51,082 nucleotides of DNA. It comes from a virus. Taxonomy: Duplodnaviria; Caudoviricetes. Position numbers and translations under genes: made by a program. This document shows, one piece after another, positions 8,704 to 16,300 of the stretch. The stretch's first letter is position 1; every line of letters begins with the position of its first letter. The DNA lies in the IMG/VR virus record IMGVR_UViG_3300049000_000067, positions 1 to 51,082 of that record, one strand, 5' to 3'. Below the pieces are notes generated by a model. That model worked only from the letters and a program-made list of their open reading frames with translations. It searched no databases and was not told the origin of the DNA.

Positions 8704-8746
8704 GAAAGGGCCCCAGGTGACTCCCGTGCATCTGGGGCCCTTTCGT
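8704..8746. terminator. Intrinsic terminator-like hairpin (possibly bidirectional), preceded by a second hairpin at ~8666-8701
   Basis: GAAAGGGCCCCAG (8704-8716) / CTGGGGCCCTTTC (8732-8744) perfect 13-bp inverted repeat right after the scaffold gene. Confidence 0.7.
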
Positions 8747-8748
8747 GT

Positions 8749-8789
8749 CCTGTCCATTCCACTCCATCTCCTCGCGAAGAAGTGAAAGG
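8749..8789 (+). promoter_or_regulatory. Putative late promoter, copy 3
   Basis: CCTGTC at 8749 and GAAGAAGTGAAAGG at 8776; directly after the terminator and before the capsid genes. Confidence 0.75.
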
Positions 8790-8841
8790 AAGGGGCACCT
8801 GAGAGGGGCCTCAACAACCATTCGAGGCTGGGAGGGCAGAA

Positions 8842-9354
8842 ATGCTCCGAGTGCCCCTCGCGAAGGCGCACATCAAGCGCACCATCCGCCCGCTGTACGG
8901 CTGGACCCAGGCGACTCCCAAGTCGCAGTTCCTGGACCCGGCTTGGAACGGCGCGGTGGCCATCTACCCGGGCATGGCGATGATGCGGACCGCCGGTGAG
9001 GCGGTCACTCTGCTCGACGCCACCGGTGCCCCCATGGGCCTGTCGGCCTTCTACGAGGGCGGCGACGGCATCTTCGAGATCTCCGAGCAGGGCGTCAACG
9101 CCTGCGCGGTCTGGGTGCTGACCCCGGACGCGGAGTTCGAGATCCTCGCCCCGGCGTTCGACGACACGCTGTCCTGGGTGGACCCGGGCACCGGCGTTCC
9201 GACGCTGGTGCACGCCTACACCTCGGGTGCCAAGCGCGGCCGTCTCTGCCTGGCCGCCACCGTGGGCGCGTCGACCCTGCCGGTCGCCAAGCTCGTCAAG
9301 GTCAACTCCACCTCCAAGATCACCATCGGCGGCCTCCAGGTCGGCGAGGTCTGA
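8842..9354 (+). CDS. Capsid decoration / cement protein (170 aa)
   Basis: Small beta-rich protein immediately upstream of the major capsid gene; strongly biased codons. Confidence 0.65.
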   Translation: MLRVPLAKAHIKRTIRPLYGWTQATPKSQFLDPAWNGAVAIYPGMAMMRTAGEAVTLLDATGAPMGLSAFYEGGDGIFEISEQGVNACAVWVLTPDAEFEILAPAFDDTLSWVDPGTGVPTLVHAYTSGAKRGRLCLAATVGASTLPVAKLVKVNSTSKITIGGLQVGEV

Positions 9355-9388
9355 TCCACCACCAGCAGAAGAGAGGAGATCCACAGCA

Positions 9389-10375
9389 ATGAGTGCACCT
9401 GTCCTCGCTGGTGGCGGGCTTCGCCCCAGGACCGCGAAGAAGTCTGACGACTACGTCGCGAAGATCATGGCTCGGCGTGAGAACGGTCAGAAGCTCACGC
9501 ACGAGGCCAAGACCGAGAAGATGGCGCTGATCCTCAGCGACGAGGTCTCGGGCATCAAGCGCCTGGGCGTCGGCATGATCGGCCCGATCCAGCTCAAGCT
9601 GCGGTACCAGGGCATCACCCGCAACGTGCTCATCGAGGACCCGGTCACCCCGGGTACCCCGGTCGAGTACGACGTGTGGGACGACCTGGGCCAGGCCTAC
9701 GTCATGTCCGGCCACGAGGGTGAAGTTCGCATCACACCCTTCGAGGGCAAGCGTGTTCCGGTGCGGTTCTTCCGCATCGCGAGCCGTCCGGCGATCCGCA
9801 AGGAGGACCTGCTCTACCTCCGCATCAACGCGGTCGAGCAGGCGCAGGACGAGACGAAGCAGGCGATCCTCAAGCAGGAGGACTCCCGCCTGATGGTGAT
9901 CCTCCAGGCCGCGGTGAATGACTACGCGAGCCGGGCGGACCACACGATCACCCCGAACCACAACGTCACGGAGGCCTCGGGGTACTACACCCCGGCGTCG
10001 CTCTACACCGCCGTGGCGCAGACGGACATGCACGAGTTGCAGGCCGCCCGTCTGCTGGTCAACCCCTACGACTACCGCGACTTCTTCCGGTGGGACATCA
10101 ACACCACCGGTTGGGCCTTCAAGGACCGCGTGGTCGCAGGCGAGACCATCACCACCTTCGGTGAGTTCCAGATCCAGCGCTCGATCATGGTGCCCCAGAA
10201 GACCATGTTCCTCACGCCGGAGCCGAACTTCCTGGGCGTCTTCCCGGTGCTCTACTCGCTCGACGTCGAGGAGAACCACCAGGTCGAGGCCTTCTGGAAG
10301 GGCTGGGTCTTCGACGAGATGGTGTCGATGGCGATCCTCAACCCCCGTGGTATCGCGACGATCACCAAGCCCTGA
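9389..10375 (+). CDS. Major capsid protein (328 aa, HK97-fold expected)
   Basis: GAGGAG RBS before ATG 9389; GPIQLKLRYQGITRNVL...IRKEDL...AILKQED...GWVFDEMVSMAILNPRGIA; followed by a terminator. Confidence 0.85.
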   Translation: MSAPVLAGGGLRPRTAKKSDDYVAKIMARRENGQKLTHEAKTEKMALILSDEVSGIKRLGVGMIGPIQLKLRYQGITRNVLIEDPVTPGTPVEYDVWDDLGQAYVMSGHEGEVRITPFEGKRVPVRFFRIASRPAIRKEDLLYLRINAVEQAQDETKQAILKQEDSRLMVILQAAVNDYASRADHTITPNHNVTEASGYYTPASLYTAVAQTDMHELQAARLLVNPYDYRDFFRWDINTTGWAFKDRVVAGETITTFGEFQIQRSIMVPQKTMFLTPEPNFLGVFPVLYSLDVEENHQVEAFWKGWVFDEMVSMAILNPRGIATITKP

Positions 10376-10395
10376 TCTGCACGCACGTTCTGTCG

Positions 10396-10436
10396 GCAGC
10401 CCCGGCGCCTCAGGAATGGGGTGTCGGGGCTGTTTG
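10396..10436 (+). terminator. Intrinsic terminator after the major capsid gene
   Basis: GCAGCCCCGGCGCCTCA / TGGGGTGTCGGGGCTGT stem (with GU pairs) followed by a short T run. Confidence 0.7.
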
Positions 10437-10452
10437 GCGATTGGGGTGATGA

Positions 10453-12663
10453 ATGCCGATCAACAAGAGCCCGGCGGTGCTCTCGCAGGAACCGTCGGCG
10501 CCCGCACACGCCACGACGAAGCTCTATGTCGACACCCGGGCGGTGCCGCCGGGCGGCACCGAGGGCTATGTCCTGACCAAGGACTCCGGCGCCGACTACG
10601 CCTTCTCCTGGAAGCCCGGGGGTGTTGGCGGTGGCGGCGGGGGGATCTCGGCCATCCGGGCGGCCCCGGACTACGACGACAGCGTCGCGCCCACCGGCGG
10701 GCAGGCGATCCTCTGGACCGCGGGCCTGAGCAAGTTCAAGCCGACGACCCTGACTCCCGCCCTGATCGGCGCCGACCCTGCGGGGACCGCCGCTGCTGCC
10801 AGGACCGCCCATGAGGCGGCGACCGACCCGCACCCTCAGTACCTGACCCAGGCCGAGGGCGACGCCCGCTACAGCCTGCTGGGCCACACCCACAGCGGCG
10901 CGGACATCACCTCCGGCACGGTCTCCTACGACCGGCTGCCGGTCGGCACCGGCCTGAACACCATCGCGGCCGGGGACGACGCCCGGCTGACCAACGCGCG
11001 CACTCCGACCGCGCACACGCACGCCATCGCCGATGTCACCGGGCTCCAGGCCACGCTGGATGGCAAGGACGCTGCCGGGGCCGCTGCGGACGCGGTGACC
11101 GCCCACGAGGCCGCGTCCGACCCGCACCCGCAGTACCTGACCGCCACCGAGGGCAACGCCGCCTACGCGGCGCTGAGCCACACCCACAACGCCAGCGCGA
11201 TCAACGCGGGCACCCTGGCCTACGCCCGGCTCCCGGTGGGCACCACGGCGAGCACGGTGGCCGCCGGTGACGACGCCCGGCTCAGCGATGCCCGCACCCC
11301 AACCGCGCACGTGCACTCCGGCTCGGACATCACCAGCGGCACCATTGCGTTCGCCCGACTCCCGGTCGGGACCGCGGCGAACCAGGTCGCGGTCGGCAAC
11401 CACACCCACGATGGGCTGGGCGCCGGTGGCGGTGGGTTTGCCGCGGGCTACATCCCGACCGGGTCAACGCAGCCGGTCGTCCAGCACGGCCTCGGCACCG
11501 CCGACCTGATCATCGCGGTCCGCGAGGTCTCCACCAACCTGCTGGTGCACGTGCCGGTAGAGATGGTCGACGACACCGGCACCGCCAGCCTGAACTGGAT
11601 CCGCTTCAGCTTCACCACCGCGCCGACGCTCAACCAGTACCGCTACACGGTGCTCAGCGCGGCGGCCACCCTGGGTACCGGCGCGCACACCCACCCTGAG
11701 TCCGACGTCACCAACCTGGCCGCCGACCTCGCGGGCAAGGCGGCGATTAGCCACACCCACGTCATCGCCGACACCACCGCGCTCCAGACCACCCTGGACG
11801 GCAAGGCGGCGGCCACCCACAACCACGACACCGCCTACTTGAGCCCGGCTCAGGGGGACGCGGCCTACGCGGCGATCGGGCACACGCACACGCTGGCCGC
11901 GCTCGGTGCCGCAGCAGCGGTGCATACCCACGCGGCGGGCGACCTGGTGTCCGGCACGCTGGCGCTGGCCCGGATCCCGACCGGCACCACCGCGGCGACG
12001 GTGGCCCTGGGCAACCACACGCACGGCGCCGCTGCTCCGGCCGCGCACGCCAGCACGCACGCCTCCGCGGGTTCCGACCCGGTCACTCCGGCGGCCATCG
12101 GTGCGGCGGCCACGACGCACGTGCACGCCGCCGCGGACATCACCTCCGGCACCCTGGCCATCGCCCGGATTCCGACCGGCACCACCTCGACCACGGTCCC
12201 GCTGGGCAACGACAGCCGCTTCAGCGACGCTCGCACGCCAACGGCACACGCCGCGAGCCATGCCACCGGCGGTGGCGACGTACTCACCCCGGCGGCGATC
12301 GGCGCACTCGACCAGACTGCCGGGGACACCCGCTACCGCCAGCACAACCAGGCGGTACGCAGCGCCAGCGTCACCACGACCTACGCCCTGGATGGCACCC
12401 TGGCCGGGGACGTCGAGCTGACCTGCACCGGGGACACCACGATCACCCCGTCCGGCACCCCGGCCGGGCGCACCGTCGTGATCACCTGCCTGGCCTCCGG
12501 CGGTGCCCGGACCCCGACCCTGGCCGCTGCGGTCTCGCTGACCGGCGGGATCACCGCGCGCTCGCTGGTCATCCCGTCCGGGGGTATCGGCCGGTTCGTC
12601 ATCCGCTACACCGCGCTGGGCACCGTCGGCTGGTCCCTCGACTCGGCATACCTGGTGGGCTGA
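10453..12663 (+). CDS. Repeat-rich virion fibre protein 1 (736 aa; head or neck fibre)
   Basis: Many HxH motifs; repeats DPHPQYLT, HSGADITSGT..YARLPVGT and GDDARL.DARTPTAH; directly after the capsid gene. Confidence 0.75.
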   Translation: MPINKSPAVLSQEPSAPAHATTKLYVDTRAVPPGGTEGYVLTKDSGADYAFSWKPGGVGGGGGGISAIRAAPDYDDSVAPTGGQAILWTAGLSKFKPTTLTPALIGADPAGTAAAARTAHEAATDPHPQYLTQAEGDARYSLLGHTHSGADITSGTVSYDRLPVGTGLNTIAAGDDARLTNARTPTAHTHAIADVTGLQATLDGKDAAGAAADAVTAHEAASDPHPQYLTATEGNAAYAALSHTHNASAINAGTLAYARLPVGTTASTVAAGDDARLSDARTPTAHVHSGSDITSGTIAFARLPVGTAANQVAVGNHTHDGLGAGGGGFAAGYIPTGSTQPVVQHGLGTADLIIAVREVSTNLLVHVPVEMVDDTGTASLNWIRFSFTTAPTLNQYRYTVLSAAATLGTGAHTHPESDVTNLAADLAGKAAISHTHVIADTTALQTTLDGKAAATHNHDTAYLSPAQGDAAYAAIGHTHTLAALGAAAAVHTHAAGDLVSGTLALARIPTGTTAATVALGNHTHGAAAPAAHASTHASAGSDPVTPAAIGAAATTHVHAAADITSGTLAIARIPTGTTSTTVPLGNDSRFSDARTPTAHAASHATGGGDVLTPAAIGALDQTAGDTRYRQHNQAVRSASVTTTYALDGTLAGDVELTCTGDTTITPSGTPAGRTVVITCLASGGARTPTLAAAVSLTGGITARSLVIPSGGIGRFVIRYTALGTVGWSLDSAYLVG

Positions 12664-13328
12664 TGCCGATCACCCACGTCGGTTACGCGACGTCCTCCGG
12701 TTCTGGCTCCACGCAAAACGTCGCACTTCCTACGGGCACCGTGGCGGGCGATTACCTGCTGCTCACTCAGCTCCGTTACGGCACGACGTTGGCCACTCCG
12801 CCCACGAACTGCCCGGCATTGACGCCGTCGTACACGAACACCCCGGCGGGCACGCAAGCGAGCTGTGCTCGATTCATTGATGGGACCGAAGGGTCACTCT
12901 TCACCTTTACCAACATCAATACATGGGGGACAATTCTTATTGCGGAATCCTTCCGTGGTGTCCATACCACCACACCGCTGGATACCGCCATCCTGTATCA
13001 GAATGGTACCGGAACTACGCATAATGCTCCGTCCCAGACTCCGGTCACGGCCGGAGCCATGTTGGTGACCCATCACGTCAACTGGTATACGCAGGCCTAT
13101 TTGAACCCGGCGTCGGGAATGACCAAGATCGTTGACCTCATTTACGGCGGCGACCTCGACGCCATGAGCGCCTACCAATTGCTGGGCGCTGCCGGAGCCC
13201 CGACTGGCGTAAAGGGGGCGACGGCCCAGTACTCCAGCGGCTTCACCGGCGCCTCGCTGCTGCTGCGTCCGGCGGTGGCGGGATCCAGCGGGCCCGAACC
13301 CGGCCGTCGACTGCTGCTGAGCGCGTGA
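12663..13328 (+). CDS. Small beta-rich fibre partner/tip protein 1 (221 aa)
   Basis: TGATG coupling to fibre 1; LPTGTVAGDYLLL motif; A/T-rich codons relative to neighbours. Confidence 0.65.
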   Translation: MPITHVGYATSSGSGSTQNVALPTGTVAGDYLLLTQLRYGTTLATPPTNCPALTPSYTNTPAGTQASCARFIDGTEGSLFTFTNINTWGTILIAESFRGVHTTTPLDTAILYQNGTGTTHNAPSQTPVTAGAMLVTHHVNWYTQAYLNPASGMTKIVDLIYGGDLDAMSAYQLLGAAGAPTGVKGATAQYSSGFTGASLLLRPAVAGSSGPEPGRRLLLSA

Positions 13329-13343
13329 GGAAGGGAGGCCGAG

Positions 13344-16300
13344 ATGGCGAACGATGAGTTCCGCGGGGCGGTCCTGGTGGCCGCGCCGTCGGCACCGGGG
13401 AGCCCGGCGACCAAGCAGTACGTCGATGACGGCGATGCCACCCGGGTGCCGACAACCCGTCAGGTGCTCGCAGGCACCGGCCTGACCGGCGGTGGTGACC
13501 TCAGCGCGGACCGCACGCTGACCGTGGCGTACGGATCGAGCGCGGCGACCGCCGTGCAGGGCAACGACACCCGAGTCACCGCCGACCAGGTGGCCGGTAC
13601 CGCCTCCATCCGCACGCTCGGCACGGGCGCGCAGCAGGCGGCTGCCGGAACTGCTCCGGCGGCGGCGGTGACCGCGCACGAGGCCGCCACCGACCCCCAC
13701 ACGCAGTACCTGACCAACGCCCGCGGTGACGCGCGCTATCAGCCGCTCGACACCCAGCTCTCGGCGCTGGCGGGGGTGGCCGGAGGCGTCGATGCGCTGC
13801 CGTACTTCACCAGCACCTCGGCCGCCTCGCAGACGACCCTGTCGAGCTTCATGCGCACCGTGCTCGACGACGCCGACGCGGCCACCGCGCGCACCACTCT
13901 GGGTGCAGCAGCGACCACCGACCTGGCCTCCTACGTGCCGACCACCCGGTCGGTGCTGGCCGGGACTGGCCTGACCGGGGGCGGGGCGCTGTCCGCGGAC
14001 CGTACCTTGACGGTGGCCTACGGCTCGGCCGCTGGGACCGCGGTGCAGGGCAACGACGTCCGGGTGACAGCCGATCAGGCGGTCGGCACCGCGTCGATCC
14101 GCACCCTGGGCACCGGGGCCCTCCAGGCTGCCGCAGGCAACGACAGTCGCTTCACCGACTCGCGCACCCCGTCCGGCACGGCCGGTGGCGATCTCACCGG
14201 GACATACCCGAACCCGACCATCGCCGCTGCGCTGAAGGATCCGGTGGCGGCCACCGCCGGACTGCGGACGCTGGGCACCGGCGCCGCGCAGGCGGCAGCA
14301 GGCAACGATTCTCGGCTCTCAGACGCCCGTACGCCGACCGGGACGGCCGGAGGTGACCTCACCGGCACCTACCCCAACCCGACGCTGCGAGCGACGCTGG
14401 TAGACCCCGTCGCGGCCACAGCCGGTCTGCGCACCCTCGGTACCGGCGCCCAGCAAGCGGCGGCGGGCAACGACTCCCGGCTGTCGGATGCTCGGACCCC
14501 CGTCGCGCACGTGCACAGCGGGGCGGACATCACCACCGGCACGGTGGGCTACGCGCGGCTACCGGTAGGTACCGCGGTCTCGACGATCGCCGCGGGCGAC
14601 GACGCACGCATCGTGGGAGCGGTCCAGACCACCCGTTCGATCATCGCGGGCACCGGGCTCACCGGGGGTGGCACCCTCGCGGCCGATCGCACCCTGACGG
14701 TCGCCTACGGGTCGACGGCAGGGACCGCGGCCCAGGGCAACGACGCGCGGCTCAGCGACGCGCGCACGCCCACCGCCCACGCCGCCTCGCACGCTTCCGG
14801 CGGCGGCGATCCGATCACCCCAGCCGCGATCGGAGCAGCGGCGGCCGTCCACGTGCACTCTGGGGCCGACATCACCACCGGGACCGTGGGTTACGCCCGC
14901 CTGCCGGTGGGGACTGCGGTCAGCACCATCGCCGCCGGTGATGACGCCCGGATCGTCGGGGCCGTCCAGACGACGCGCCAGGTCATCGCCGGGACCGGAC
15001 TCACCGGCGGCGGCACTCTGGCTGCGGACCGCACGCTGACCGTGGCCTACGGATCGACTGCGGGTACTGCCGCACAGGGCAACGACAGTCGTCTCTCGGA
15101 CGCGCGTACCCCGCTCGCGCACGCCGCCTCGCACGCCAAGGGTCAGGCCGACGTGCTCACCCCGCTGGCGATCGGGGCGGTCATGAGCGCCGTTCCGACT
15201 GCGATCAAGACGGCCGCGTACACCGCCGCCGTCGGCGAGATGGTGCTCGTGGACGCCACCGCGGGCCCGATCACGATCACGCTTCCGGTGATCTCCGCCG
15301 GGGGCGACCGGGTCGCCGTCAAGAAGCTCGACAGCTCGACCAACGTCGTCACCGTGGCGGCTGGGACCGGTAACACGATCGGCTCCGCGGGCGCATCCAG
15401 CGTGCCGATCCGGCTCCAGGACCAAGCAGTCAGCTACCAAGCCTCCGGCACGAACTGGGTGATCCCGCACAGCCACCTCGGCCTGCCCAGTCTCGATGCC
15501 CGATTCGTGGCCCAGTCCGTCGCCACCGCCAAGGGCGACATGCTGGCCGCCACCGGCGCCGGGGCCTTCGCGCGGCTCGGGGTGGGCACCGATGGTTACG
15601 CGCTGGTCGCGGACTCCACCCAGGCGCTCGGCGTGAAGTGGGCTGCGGTGGCTGGGGGCGGTGGATCTCCGACCGGGGCGGCTGGGGGCTCGCTCGCCGG
15701 TACTTACCCGAACCCGACCATCGCGGCCGGGGTGATCACCGGTACCGAGATCGCAGCGGCAATCAAGGATCCGGCCGCTGCTACCGCCGGGCTGCGCACC
15801 TTGGGGACCGGCGCGGCTCAGGCTGCCGCGGGCAACGATGCCCGGCTGTCGGACCAGCGGGCCTGGTCGCTCTACACCGCCGGGGGCGAGACCAGCGGCT
15901 ATGTGCCGACCTGGAACGGCACCAAGTACGTCGCTGCCGCGCCCACCGGTGGCGGCGGCGGGCTGGCCAACCTGACCACGTTCGGGATCTACAACGTCAA
16001 GAGCTACGGCGCCACCGGCGACGGCACTACCGACGACACCGCGGCGATCCAGGCGGCGCTGAACGCCACCCCGGCGGGTGCGATCTGCTGGGTGCCGCCG
16101 GGGGTCTACCGGACCAGCGCCGCGCTCGTGGTGCCGCCGCAGGTCACCCTGGAGGGCACCCACGGGGTCAGCCTGACCTACGGCACCGGCCCGGCGAACC
16201 CGTGCGTGATCAAGCCGCTGGCCGCGGGCAGCTGGACCGGCGTGGCCGCCGTGATCCGGTTCCTGAACAAGACCGCCGGGTCCTACGCCACCGACTCGCT

